A stretch of 64,000 bases of DNA from Mobula hypostoma (Eukaryota): NCBI RefSeq assembly GCF_963921235.1, contig NC_086101.1:7876001-7940000 (forward strand), written 5' to 3'. Position 1 is the stretch's first letter. Each line of letters begins with the position of its first letter. The translations under genes and the position numbers were made by a program. The notes beneath the pieces are model-generated. The model saw nothing but the letters and a program-made list of their open reading frames with translations. It ran no database searches and was not told the DNA's origin. This document shows, in pieces, positions 1 through 12,676 of the stretch.

Positions 1-269
1 AAGGCTCTGGTCCTCTCGGAGACTAGCATGATAAGATCGAGTCTTAACCTCACGATCTATCTTGCTATGGCCTTCCACCTTATTGTCTGCCTGCACTACA
101 CTTTATTCTGCATTCTGTTAACTGCTTCTCCCTTGTAACAGCGACGCACCGATGTGATGACATTATCAGTACAGATGGTTTACAAAACAAAGGCTTTCAC
201 TTTGCCTCAGAGACAATGATAAACCATTTACAATGTAGTCCACCTAACCACTTGCCTTCTCAATGCTGA

Positions 270-815
270 GAAGCTGGTGTACAGAGATCCCCTGGTTCTG
301 CAGAACACCGATGTGGTTGTATCGCGGCCTGGTCTGGAAACACCAATGCCTACGAACAGACAAGTCTACAGAAAGTGGAGAACACAGCCCAGACCATCAC
401 AGGAACAGCTCCCCCCACCACCACTGAGCACATCTACCAGGAGCACTGCCACAAGAAAGCAGCATCAGTGACCCCCCCCCCTCCTCCCACCATCCAGGCC
501 ATGCTCTCTTCTTGCTTGACGTATAAAATCCTTTGGCCCCACACCACCAGGTTCATCAACAATTATCACCCTACACCCATCAAGCTCCTGAATGAGTGTT
601 GATAACTTCACTCACCTCAACACTGAACTGACTCCACAACCTATGCACTCTACAACTCCGTATTATTTATTTATTTTTAACCAGCACAATTTCTCTTCTC
701 AGTGTTGGTTGTTTATCAGTCTTTATTTATAGTTTTTCATAAATCTTTCTGTATTTCTTCTTTCCTGTAAATGCCTGCAGGAAAATGAATCTTAAGGTAG
801 TACATGGTCTCAGAC
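270..815 (+). mobile_element. Degraded 3' end of a Rex1/Babar-type LINE
   Basis: Translated pieces (KVENTAQTITGT, TEHIYQEHCHKKAAS) resemble the C-terminus of the RT ORF at 59481-60575 ([23 protein letters not shown]). Boundaries approximate. Confidence 0.55.
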
Positions 816-1047
816 TTTGAACTTTGACATCATTCACTTGCTCATCAGTTTAAAAATATTTCTCATTTCTATCACATTCCGTCTGCCATATGGGAAGGAT
901 GGCAGAGTGGAGACAGGTCTCTACCAAAGGAGGTGTAAGGTGCTCCTTCCTTCCGCCAGCCTGCAGGTCACCCTAGGCCAAGGTGCAGCACCTGCTTAGC
1001 CCCCTGATCAGGGTCACGTGAAGCCATGAGAGCAGGTAATGGATGGT

Positions 1048-1197
1048 CCAGACCCAGAAATTTACCATCCCTTCACAGCCCAGGGTAGATTTTATCCAGG
1101 CCCAGTAATAGACCATCCCTTCACAACGCAGCGTAGATTTTAATCCAGGCCCAGTAATGTACCATCCCTTCACAACACAGGGTAGATTTTATCCAGG
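1048..1197. repeat. Minisatellite, about 3 copies of a 48-49 bp unit
   Basis: accatcccttcac...gtagatttt...atccaggcccagtaat recurs at 1064, 1112 and 1161. Confidence 0.9.
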
Positions 1198-1199
1198 AA

Positions 1200-3540
1200 G
1201 GTAAAGCAATGAGGTCCTGAAGGTAGAAAGCTGAGATGCAGGACCTTCAGGGCAGTACTTTTGCAATTGCTACCTATGTCACACACCAGTGATAGTAGAA
1301 ACAGGTGGATTTAGCAGATAAATGCGTGGCTGGGAAGCTGGTGCAGTGAGCAGGGCATCATGTTCTTGGATCACTGGGATCTCTTCTGTAGGAGGTATGA
1401 CCTGTTCAAAAGGGACGGGTTGCACCTGAACCCGAGGGGGACCAATATTCTCGCAGGCAAGTTTGTTAGAGCTGTTCGGGAGGGTTTAAACGAATTTGGT
1501 ACCGGGGTGGGAACTGGACTGAAGGGACTCAAGATAGGACGGATGGTAAAAAAGCAAAGATAGCATGCAGTCAGACTGTTAGGAAGGGCAGGCAGATGAT
1601 AGGACATAATTGCAGCCAGCAGGGTGAGTATCAGTGCATTAGGGATGCAGAATCAAAAAGGTTTGCAAATACAGTACTTAAAGTTTTATATCTCAATGCA
1701 CAGAGGATAAGAAATCAGCTGGATGATCTTGTTGCACTGTTACAGATTGCCGGGTATCATGGTTTCATGTTGTGGCCATCACTGAATCGTGACTGAAGGA
1801 TAGTTGTAGTTGGGAGCTAAATCTCCAAGGTTACATGTTGCATTGGAAGGATAGGAAGGTAGGCAGAGAGGGTAGCATGCCTCTGCTGGTAAAGAATGGC
1901 ATCAAATCAGTAGAAACATATGACAGAGGATCAGAAGATGTTAGAACATAGAAATTTACAGCATATAACAGGCCCTTCGGCCCACAATGCTGTGCTGACC
2001 ATGTAACCTACTCTGGAGACTGTCTGCAATTTCCCTAGTGCATAGCCCTAGGGTTGAGTGAAACAACTGCAAGGGTAAAAGGACCCTGATGGCAGTTACA
2101 TACAGGCCTCCCAACAGTAGGTGGGATGTGAAATACAGATTACAACAGCACATAGAAAAGACGTGTCAAAAGGACAATGTTATGATCGTCATGGGAGATT
2201 TTAACATGCAGGTCCATTGGCAAAATCAGGTTGGAAATAGATCTCAAGAGAGTGAGTTAGTTGAATGACTATGAGATGGCTTTTTAAGTGCAGTTTGTCG
2301 TTGTATTACTCAGGGATCAGCTTTACTGGTTTGGGTGTTATGTAATAAACTGGAGGAGATTAGGGACCTGAAGGGGAAAGAGCCCTTAGGAGAAAATGAA
2401 AACATGATTGGGTTCAAACTGAAATTTGATAGGGAGAAAGTAAAGTCAGACGTAGCAGTATTTCAGTGGAGTAAATAAAATTATAGTGGTATCAGAGAGG
2501 AGTTGGCCATAGTAAATTGGAAGGAGATGTTGGCAGGGATGACAGCAGAGCAGCAATGGTCTGAGTTTCTGTGAAAAATGAGGAAGGTGTAAGTTAGATG
2601 TATCCCAAAAACAAAGAAATACTCAAATGGCAAAATACTACAACCGTGGCTGCCAAGGGAAGTCAAAGCGAATGTAAAAGCAAAAGAGAGGGCATACAAC
2701 AAAGCAAAAATTAGCAGGAAGACACAGGATTGGGAAGCTTTTAAAAAACCTACAGGAAGCAACTAAAAGAATCAGAAGGGAAAAGAGGAAATGTGAAAGC
2801 AAGCTAGTAAAAAAAGATCAAAGTGGATGGAAAAACTTCAAGTATGTAAAAAATAAAACAGATGAGAATGGGTATAGGTCCACTGGAAAATTAGGCCAGA
2901 AAAATACTAGCAAAGGAGGTGCAGATAACATTGAAGAAGCAGGGAGTCTGGAGAAGGGCCCAAGAAAGATCGGGAGAATAGGCAAAGAAGTGGCAGCTGG
3001 AATACAGATTGGAGAAGTGCATGGTTAAGCACTTTGCTCGAAGGAATAAAGCCACAAACTGTTTTCTAAATGGGGAGAAAATTCAAAATCAGCTGCAAAA
3101 GGACTTGGGAGTCCTTGTGCAGAATTCCCAAAAGATTAACTTGTAGGTTGAGACATTGGTAAAGAAGGAAAACACATTGTCAGCAATTTTTTTTTTTAAA
3201 GTCCTAAAATATAAAAGCAAGGATGTAATGTTGATGCTTTATAAAAGGCACTGGTGAGGCCTCACTAGGAGTTTTGGGCCCCTTACGTGATAAAAGATGA
3301 GCTGGCATTGGAAAGGCTCCAAATGAGGTCCATGCGAAAAAATTCTGGGACTGAAAAGGTTACCATATGAGGTACATTTGACGGCCCTGGGCCTGTACTC
3401 ACTGAAGTTTAGAAGAATGAAGGAGATCTCATTGAAACCTATTGAATATGGAAAGGCCTCGATGGAGTGGATGTACAGAGTATGTTTCCTGTAGTGGAGG
3501 AGTCCAGGACCAGAGGGCACTGCTTCAGAATAAAAGAACT
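1200..3540 (+). mobile_element. Degraded, internally deleted CR1 LINE (ORF1 esterase, APE, RT pieces)
   Basis: FLDHWDLF...DGLHLNPRG (SGNH-like ORF1), VLYLNAQRIRN (APE start), YRPP and GDFN motifs; many stops. Confidence 0.85.
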
Positions 3541-4064
3541 TTGACTTTCCAATGGATTAAGTCCTAACCTATTCAATCCTTTCTTGTAACTCAAGTCCTC
3601 CAGCACTAGCAACATCCTTCAAAAAATGCATCTTTCTCTTTACTCCTTCAACCTTCCTCCAAGGGGACGACAACCTTGTCACGGTTTGGAAGCTGGCGTG
3701 CCTCAATGACCTGGAGACCTATGCAGGCCGGAGTCAGGGCAGTAAACTTTGGCTCTTGGTTAGGGTCACACATGCCACACAGGTCAAAGGGTAGAGGTCA
3801 GGCTAAATCTGGTCTGTGGTTCACCAGGTTCAGGGGTTCAGCTCAGGGCTAACTGAAAAACCAAAATTGTTACGGAAATGGCAATGAAAAGCTTTTCTAC
3901 ATCAGAGTGTGACAGTATTCCCGAGTCTCCAACCAGGACTTGTATGACTGACAGTTGTGAAAACAGAGAAGAAACTACTGACACAATGAGGGAAGTTCTG
4001 AACACCGCCAGAGATGGAGGACCTTCATTGCTGCCCTGAAAGCCAGCAGCTGTAACGGGCAGCA

Positions 4065-4590
4065 AGTACGTCTTTCAACCTTATTTACATCTTTCCTGTA
4101 GGTAGGTGACCAAAGTTGCACACAATACTCCACATCAGGCCTTACCAGTGTCTCAGACAACTCCAACATAACATCCCATCTCCTGCGCTCAAAACTTCGA
4201 TTTCTGGCACATAGGCCTTCATAAACTTTGTTTACGACTCTATCTACCTGTGACACCACCTTCAATGAATTATGGACCTGCATTCTGAGATCACTTTGTA
4301 CTTCCGCACATCTCAGGGCCCTACAGTTCATTGTGTTGGTGCTACCAAAGTGAAATACCTCACACTTCACCTTAAAATTCCATCTATCATTTTTCAGCTG
4401 ATGGAGATCCTGCTCCAAGCCATGATAGCCTTCTTCACTATGCACTAAACCCTCAATCTTTGTGTTATTGACAGCTTTGCTGATCCAGTTAACATCATCA
4501 GCCAGCTCATGGATAGAGATGGCAAACACCAACATACCCAGCACTGATCCCCACGGCACACCACTAGTCACAGGCCTCCATTCAGATGTA
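4065..4590 (-). mobile_element. CR1 RT fragment
   Basis: ORF 3975-4571: TSGVPWGSVLG, LVRPDVEYCVQLWSP. Confidence 0.85.
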
Positions 4591-5929
4591 ACTATGACAT
4601 TATGATCACTGATTGCAAATTATTCCCCTACACAAACTTCTGTCACCTACCCTACATGGACATCCCTTTATTGTGAGGCTGTGCCCTCCGGTCCTAGATC
4701 CTCAAGTTATTGGAAACATCCTCTGCAGGTTTAACTGTACAGCCTTGTGATTCCTCCGCAACTTCAGGAGTGTCCTGATGCAATTTTCAACCCGAAACAT
4801 CAACAATTCCTTCGAACCACTGAGTTCCACTGAACTGTGGGGTGGCTAAGCTGTGTTGAGTATGTCTGTTCTTCCGATTCCAGCATCTCCAGTCTCCCAC
4901 GCTCCAGGGAATAACCTATTCAATAACCTATTCCTAACCTATTCAATCTTTCCCTCTAACTCGGGTCTTCAATTCCCTGCAAGTTTTCTGTACACTTTTA
5001 ATCTTATTGACACATTGCCTGTAAAAACATCCTCAAAATTCCCGAGTTAAATTAGGCCAGGCCTCGATGATAACCAGCTGACAGTTGTAGTGTGGCTGAA
5101 CTGTGAGAGTGTGTCTGTCTATCACCAGGGCCAAATGTCACCTGCTGTATCATAACCACTCCTCTAGTTCTCGTCTCACCTCACCAGGCAAAACCTGCTT
5201 GCATTTACCCTCTTGATAGCCCTCATAATTTTGCACACCTCTATCAAAACTCTATTCAAACGTCTCTTAAACATTGACATCAAGCTTGCATCCATCACTT
5301 GTGTCGCCCACCACAAAGCTGACGGTATCAGAACCACTCCACTTTCCTGATGGCTTCTGCAAATTACTAACAATTCATATTCATTTTGCTCTCCAAGCAG
5401 ATCATTTCTTTTACTCCCAACCACCTCTTAACTTGCTGAATTCTTGCTGAAACATATTTAAAACTCCCTTTACTTGCCACCAGAGTTTTGACCCTTTCTT
5501 TTCCTTTTAACTTTTTGTTCCCCCACCCCACCCTACCCTCTGTATTCCCCACCCCTCCGTACTCCCCGTACCGGAACTAACCCACCTCACACTTATCTCC
5601 CACCCTCAGTGCCCTCACCCCTCCCACTCTCCTACCTTTCGTTAACCCAGCACTCCCATCATCTGCACCTCTACCTCTCCCACACTCAGTACTCCTCACC
5701 CCTCCCACCCTCTGTATAGCTTTGGATCTTCTGCAATCTTTTGGCGGTCACCGTTTGAACCGAGCTTAACCGTTTGACACTTTCCCTTACGTGTCGAATT
5801 AGAGGAACACATGCTCCCTCCCTGCGGTTTGTCCCAGCCCCTCAACTCGACCCCAGAACCCACCCTTATAATCCTCCACCCCACCGACACTTCTCGCCCT
5901 CCCACAGCCAGTCCCTGTCACCCACCCAG

Positions 5930-6370
5930 GCCCTCTCCTGAACCTGCAGCACCGCGCCGGGTAAGAGCAGCAAGCAGGCAGCGGCCGATGCGCTGTGACT
6001 GCCCGGCCGCCCCTGGGCCATACTCCACGGCGGTGAGAGGCCGGTCGACGGGCAGACAGGTTCCACCGGTCCGATTCCATCAGTCGTTCTGCCACCGCGG
6101 CGCCGCTGTCTTAACTCATTATTACTTGCGGTGACCGCCCCTCCTGGGCGGGACGGGACGGCAGCGGAGGGAACGTCTCACAACCCCTCCCCGCATGAAG
6201 GGCACTCAGCCACCGACACGCTCGCACCCGAAGCCCAAGCTCGTCCACGCAGTCTGTATATTTTTTTAAAGATTCAACTACACCGTCTCCAAAGCAAAAA
6301 GAGGCATAAGAGACCGCAGCCGCTGGAATCCGGAGCCACACACACACGAAAAGCTGGAGTCTGAGTATGC
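5930..6370. promoter_or_regulatory. CpG-rich island, candidate promoter
   Basis: Visibly dense CpG (cgcgccgg, ccgcggcgccgc) with GC-box-like ccgccc/gggcgg, in apparently non-repetitive sequence amid CpG-poor flanks. Confidence 0.55.
5944..6021 (-). CDS. Candidate first coding exon (signal-peptide-like) of a gene running leftwards
   Basis: Good Kozak context gagtATGg, peptide MAQGRPGSHSASAAACLLLLPGAVLQ, then CAG|gttcag (alternative GT donors 18-22 nt further on). No downstream exon identified. Confidence 0.3.
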
Positions 6371-9300
6371 GATGGGAAGACTCAGAAAGTTACCTTCCCC
6401 AAGCAGTCAAGATGGAGGGTTTCGGCGCGAAACGTCGGCTGTTGACTCCTTTCCCCAGATGCTGCCTGGCCTGCTGAGTTCCTCCAGCATTTTCTGAGTG
6501 TTTCTTTACCCCAACCACTAAGGCCGATCAACAACTCCCTCCACTGACCCACATTTCCTGTCACTCACCTCATGTGCAAACGGTCCTGTGCCTGGTGTCA
6601 CTTTATGGACCTACAAGCAATATATCTAAACTAGCTTTTGTATTTACATTTATTGTGTTTTTATAACCGTGTTCTTTATTTTGTTGTGTTGTTTGTGTGT
6701 GTGCTGCATTGGATGCAGAGTAAAAATTATGTTCTCCTTTACACTTGTGTGCTGGAAATGACGAACTTGGAGGCCCCACACAGTGCCCTTTATCCTCAGT
6801 GTTTGCAGCCGCTGCACCAAGTGTCACAGCAGCCTGGTGTGCTGAGATAAAGAGGCGGTGTGGCCACTGATGGGCTCAGGAAATCTGAAAGCTCGTTTGC
6901 ACAGAGCTCCTGTTACCAGCAGTCCATTGATAGGGTATTGTTTCAGAATCACCTCAGTATTGGGTTTAATACCGGTATAGATAATGAAATTTGTTGTTCT
7001 GAGGCAGCAGTACATTGCAATACATAATAAAATCTATAAATTATAATAAGAAATATATTAAATTGTCTGGGGTAAATATTATTTGCGTATCACAACACAA
7101 AAGTTTGAGTACCCCTTTCAGGGAAAATGAGGCCATCACTTGCATGAACACCAACACACCGGTGCAAATTTACTGATCACGAGGAAGCAATAATGTAACT
7201 CACACCACTGTAAATTTAAACTGTATTGACAAAATACTGAAAACACAGTCCAAGTGAAACACAGATAAATAAACGTGCAACATCCAAGGACAAGGTATTG
7301 AACACTCTCCAAGGTTGTGTGATAAGCAGCTAATTAGAAGTTATCTGCATATTCTCTGTGAGACCATTGTCTGCATGAGGATCTTCCGACAGCGGTATCT
7401 GACCTTCCAAATGGGTTCTGTGAGCGTGTCACCGTGTTTTTCACTCATATTCACTCATAGCACAATAGCGACATGGGCTCGATTCCCACTGCAGCCTGTA
7501 ACGTGTTTGTACATTCTCCCCGTGACCACGTGGGTTTCCTCCGGGTGCTAAAAGCCATTTCTGCCCTGCGGAAAAGTCTCTGGCCATCCACTCGATTTAC
7601 GTCTCTCATCTATCGCCATCTCTCATCCTCCTTCATTCCAAAGACAAAAGCCCGTGTTCACTGAACCTGAAAGACATTCTCTCCAATCCAGGCAGCATCC
7701 TGCTAAATATCTTCTGCACCCTCTCTAAAGCTTCCCCATCAGGTTCAAGTTCAATTGTCATTCAATACTCATGAATACAACCAAAGGAGACAACGTTCCT
7801 CCAGGGCCAAGGTGCTAATACAGTAACAACAGTCACACCCAGCACAAGGCACACACACGAGATCAGTAAAATACAGTCACACAAAAAGCACATCGTCCCT
7901 GACCCGGAGTCCATCATGCTGCAGAAGTCTGCAGTCGATCAGAATACAGCTTGTCTTCTAAACACGAGGAATTCTGGTAATGTCTCCCTCCTCCACCTTC
8001 CCTCTTTCTACCTATTCTGATGACCATCTCACTACTTCTCCTCCCCACCTGCCCATCACCTCCTTGTGCTGCCCCTCCTCCTTCCCTTTACTCCAGGGTC
8101 CACTGTCCTCGTCTTTTAGATTCCTCCTCCTTCAGCCCTTTACCTTGTCCACCTATTGCCTCCCACCCTCCCCCATCCACCCACCTCTCTCCTCACCTGG
8201 TCTCACCTGTCACCTGTCAGCTTCAACTCCTTCCCCTCCCATCACCTTCTTATTCTGGCCTCATCCCCTTCCCTTTCCAGCCCGAATGAATGGTCTCAGC
8301 CTGAGACGTCGAGCTTCTGTTTATTATCTCTGTTATATCTGATGTGAAATGTGTTGCTTTGCAGCAGTAGTGCAGTGCACAGACATAACATCACTATGAA
8401 TTATAACATAAATAGTGCAAGTGAAGGAATAATGGGGTAATCAGTGGGAATCAAAGAAGATGGCTGTGGTGTTTGGAGCCGATCATCTCAGCCACAGGAC
8501 ATCTCTGCAGGAACTCCCCAGGACAGAGTCCTCGGCCCAAATACCCTCAGCTGCTTCATCAACGACCTTCTGTCCATCGTAAGGTCAGAGGTCGGGATGG
8601 TCTGATGACGACACAATGTTCAGCACCATCTACCACTCCTCAGATAATGAAGCAGCCCACAACACAAATGCAGCAGGATCTGGACAATATCCAGGCCTGG
8701 GCTGATAGGTGGCAAGTGACAATCACACCACACAGTGTCAGGCAGTGATATCTGAGGAAGGGATCTCTGGGAATCATGAGAATTGGGAAAATTGCAAAAC
8801 ATGTAACTAGCTGCCTCATCGTTAGGGAAATTATAGTAGTTAGGCAGAGGGAGAAGGTCACTGAGAGGTGACAATATGACAGTCAGTACAGTGATTAGAT
8901 TGTGGATGTGTTTAGTCAGAAGGTGACGCTCACTGGATCAAAGGTAAACAGGTGGAGGTTGGCTTGCAGACCACGGCAGGAGAGTTTATCATCAGATAAG
9001 GAGAGTCATGGCAGGAAAGCAGGGTCAGAGATGAAGACAATGAATTACAGAGAGCACTGGGAAATGGATGTCAGTCAGATCGAGAGACACCACATAGAAA
9101 TAATCAAAGCTCAAATACTACAGAGAAATGTAGGTTTCTGATGAATTTTTATGAAATCCACGTTTCCATTGTATAACAGGAAGCCGAAAGACCATTGACT
9201 CAGTGGAGTATCTTTGCGATGACACTCGAATTGTTCCCCGATGTTCACTGTAACAGGGCCTGAATAAACTGTCTTGTTCCCGAAACTCACCACTGCTGTC

Positions 9301-9434
9301 TGGCAGGTTCTTTCTGTGCTGTTCCATCTGAACTGTATTTAAGTGGGAGACTGGTCCCCACACCCACAACCCAACCCCCAGTCCCTCTATCCCTCGAGCT
9401 GCTGTTGCGGAAGCTGCCGGATGAAGACTGTCAG

Positions 9435-9620
9435 AGAGCAACACACTCAAAACACTGGAGGAACTCAGGGGCTGTAGAGAGGAGAACAGTCATCGTTTCA
9501 GACCGAGAACCTTCAACGCTGTTTATTTCCCTCCATATGCTGCCTGACTGGCTGAGTTCCTCCAGTATATTGTGTGTGTTGCTCTGGAATTCCAGCATCT
9601 GCAGAATCCCTTGTGTTTGT
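9435..9620. mobile_element. Miniature inverted dimer of Penelope-like 3' ends
   Basis: agagcaacacactcaaaacactggaggaactcag ... ctgagttcctccagtatattgtgtgtgttgctct are inverted copies of the PLE tail, with a hammerhead remnant between them. Confidence 0.7.
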
Positions 9621-10400
9621 GAGTGGAGATTCCAGCCCCGTGCCCCTGCTCTCTGGGGCTGACGGGGTTTAGAAGACAGGCAGGGGGAAATCATTTCCAC
9701 ACGTGGGCCTGTTCAGAACAAGTAAGACCGGACCTTTGGAGCCGGGCCATATGTGGTGAAGTCAAGAAGGGAAATGGAAATCAGGAGTTGAATGTTTTCC
9801 ACACTGTGACGTACAATGTCCAGTCCTGTGGTTATACCTGCAGCCACATCTTTGTCATCGCCACAGCATCAGTCTCCTCACAGCAGATTCTCTCCACATC
9901 CCGTGTTCCATATCATTAACTGATTTAATAGTTGCATAAATTTACATTAATCACCGATTTTACACCTCAGTCTGACTATCTTCAGTCCTCGAGCTAAACA
10001 AAACGAGCTTTTGGAGGAACACCGAGGGTCAGGCCGCATCTGTGGAGAGAAATGGACAATCGACATTTCGGGTCGAGAACCTTCATTTGGACTGTCTCAA
10101 CCTGGAATATCTTCTCTCTATTTTTCATCACAAATGCTGTCTGACTCACTTCGTTCTTTCCAAATTCTTGCTTTCACAGTCCCTTGTGTCTCTCTTTTCA
10201 GGACTTGCCCCTTTAGTTCTGCTGTAGACTGAACCAAGCTCTTCTCTCCGGCTTTATCTATGTTAGACTTGTTTAAAGTGTTGCTGATCCCTGCTGCGGA
10301 AACGAACACGATTCCTGCTCACTGAAAAGGAACATTCATTCCCGAGACTGCAGCGCCCCTAGAGGACAATCGCGGTACCGCAGGCGCTCAGCAGCTCCCC

Positions 10401-10410
10401 GAAAGTGAAA
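10401..10410 (+). promoter_or_regulatory. ISRE/IRF-E-like motif
   Basis: GAAAGTGAAA matches GAAANNGAAA and ends about 30 nt before the TRIM ATG; ETS-like caggaagt follows at 10422. Confidence 0.5.
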
Positions 10411-10442
10411 GGATCCTGAACCAGGAAGTACCGAGAGTTAAC

Positions 10443-10853
10443 ATGGCTTCGAAAGCACAGGTCGAGAGTTTAACCGAGGAGGTAATTTGTCCCATTTGCC
10501 TCGATTTTTTCACCGATCCGGTTATACTGGAGTGTGGACACAACTTCTGCCGCTCCTGTATCACACGGTGTTGGGAAAGGAAGGAGAGAAACTCCTGCCC
10601 GGAATGCAGAGAGGAGATTGCAGACCGCAGCCTCAGGGTCAATCGGGCCTTAGCAAATCTGTCTGAGAAAGCTCGAAAACTAAACCTGAACCCGAAAGAG
10701 AAGGAAAGTAAACTTCACTGCGAGAAACATGAGGAAGAACTGAAGCTGTTTTGTGAGACGGACAAGACACTGATCTGCCTGATCTGTGCGACTGCGCGGG
10801 AACACAAGTCTCACAACTTCATACCGGTTAACGAAGCCGTTGAAATCTACAAG
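10443..10853 (+). CDS. TRIM E3 ligase (class IV, TRIM27/TRIM39/RFP-like), coding exon 1: RING + B-box2
   Basis: C3HC4 RING CPIC...CGHNFCRSC...CPEC; B-box [15 protein letters not shown]...CLIC...HKSH. 411 nt, donor AAG|gtaaaa, phase 0. Confidence 0.97.
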
Positions 10854-10931
10854 GTAAAAATAACCAGGTTTTGATCAGCTGTTTACTTAGTTGCATATTT
10901 TGGTCTAATTTCTTTACTCTCTGATTCCCAG

Positions 10932-11027
10932 GGTCGGGTTAAATCTTCCTTAGACTCTCTCACTAAAAAGAAATCAGACTTCGAAGAAATGGAGCAACAA
11001 CAGAAAGAGAAGATTTCTGGAGTTCGG
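10932..11027 (+). CDS. TRIM coding exon 2 (coiled-coil)
   Basis: cccag|GGT...CGG|gtgagg; 96 nt, open: GRVKSSLDSLTKKKSDFEEMEQQQKEKISGVR; size typical of TRIM-B30.2 genes. Confidence 0.93.
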
Positions 11028-11084
11028 GTGAGGCTTCCAGAGCAGAATTTACAAATTCGCTGTGTAGTTTTGTTCCCTTTGATG

Positions 11085-11157
11085 CAGAATAGCAGAGTAT
11101 CGCAGTTCCAGTAATCTGGGATCGATCCTGACCCCTGGAGCTGTCTGCGTGGAGTTT
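11085..11157 (+). mobile_element. 5' half of a tRNA-derived SINE split by the Penelope dimer (continues at about 14338-14560)
   Basis: B-box-like gggatcgatcc, then gctgtctgcgtggagttt, resuming as gcatgttctttccgtaacc; compare the intact SINE at 20670. Confidence 0.65.
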
Positions 11158-12676
11158 TAAACACAAAATAATCTGCAGATGCTGGGGTCAAAGCAACACT
11201 CACAACACGCTGGAGGAACTCAGCAGGTCAGGCAGCATCCGTGGAAACGATCAGTCGACGTTTCGGGCCGGAACCCTTCGTCAGGACTGAAGAGGGAAGG
11301 GGCAGAGGCCCTATGAAGAAGGTGGGGGGAGGGTGGGAAGGAGAAGGCTGGTAGGTTCCAGGTGAAAAACCAGTAAGGGGAAAGATAAAGGGGTGGGGGG
11401 AGGGGAAGGTGAAGAAGGAATAGGGAGAAACACAATGGATAGTAGAAGGAGGCGGAACCATGAGGGAGGTGATAGGCAGCTGGGGGAGGGGGCAGAGTGA
11501 CATAGGGATAGGGGAAGGGAGGGGGAGAGAATTACTGGAAGTTGCAGAATTCTATGTTCATACCAAGGGGCTGGAGACTACCTAGACGGTATATGAGGTG
11601 TTGCTCCTCCATCCTGAGCTTAGCCTCATCATGGCAGTAGAGGAGGCCATGTATGGACATATCTGAATGGGAGTGGGAAGCAGAGTTGAAGTGGGTGGCT
11701 ACTGGGAGATCCTGTCTGTTGTGGCGGACGGAGCGGAGGTGCTCGACGAAGCGGTCCCCCAATCTGTGTTGGGTTTCACCGATGCAGAGGAGGCCGCATC
11801 GGGAGCACCGGATGCAATAGATGGCCCCAAAAGACTCACAAGTGGAGTGTTGCCTTACTTGGAAGGACTGTCTGGGGCCCTGAATGGTGACGAGAGAGAA
11901 GGTGTAGGGACAGGTGTAGCACTTGCGCTTACAGGGATAAGTACCGGGTGGGAGATCCAAGGGGAGTGATGTGTGGACCAGAGAGTCGCGGAGGGACCGA
12001 TCCCTGTGGAAAGCGGAGAGGGGTGGAGAGGGAAAAATGTGCTTTGTGGTGGGGTCCTGTTGAATGTGGCGGAAGTTGCGGAGGATAATGTGCTGGATCC
12101 GGAGGCTGGTGGGGTGGTAGATGAGGACAAGGGGAACTCTGTCCTTGTTGTGGTAGCGGGATGATGGGGTGAGAGTCAAAGTGCAGGAAATGGAGGAGAT
12201 GGTGGTGAGGGCATCATTGATGACAGCAGAAGGGAAACCACGATCCTTAAAGAAAGAGGACATTTGTGATGTCCTGGAACGGAAAGCCTCATCCTCAGAG
12301 CAGATGCGGCAGAGACGGAGGAACTGGGAATCGGGAATGGCATTTTTGCATGTGGTGGGTTGCAAAGAGATATAGCTGAGGTAGTTATGAGAGTCAGTGG
12401 GCTTGTAGAAGATGTCAGTGGACAGTCTGTCTCCAGGGATGGAGACCGAGACATCGAGACAGGGGAGAGAATTGTCCAAGATAGACCAAGTGAATTTGAG
12501 GGCTGGGTGGAAGTTAGAAGTAAAGTTGATGAAATTGACGAGCTCAGCATGGGTGCAGGAAGCAGCACCAATGTAGTCGTCAATGTACCAAAGGAAAAGT
12601 TGGGGAGCAGTACCAGAATAGGTTTGGAGCACACACTGTTCCACATAACCAACGAAGAGGCAGGCATAGCTGGGGC
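11158..12676 (-). mobile_element. Penelope-like retroelement, 5'-truncated (RT C-terminal half + GIY-YIG endonuclease); left arm of inverted dimer
   Basis: ORF 11532-12644: YIDD, YKPTDSH, AIYCIRCSRCGLLCIGET, RFVEH, GMN; pyrimidine-rich 3' UTR with hammerhead. Confidence 0.93.
11252..11289 (-). ncRNA. Minimal type I hammerhead ribozyme motif, core intact
   Basis: Minus strand cagtc-CUGACGA-agggttccggccc-GAAA-cGUC-gactg: stem I cagtc/gactg, stem II ggg/ccc, palindromic acgt helix III. Confidence 0.85.

Noticed and set aside
1048..1197. Regularly spaced repeats resembling a CRISPR array
   Set aside because: Whole units repeat with no unique spacers, there are no cas genes, and the context is vertebrate; it is a minisatellite.
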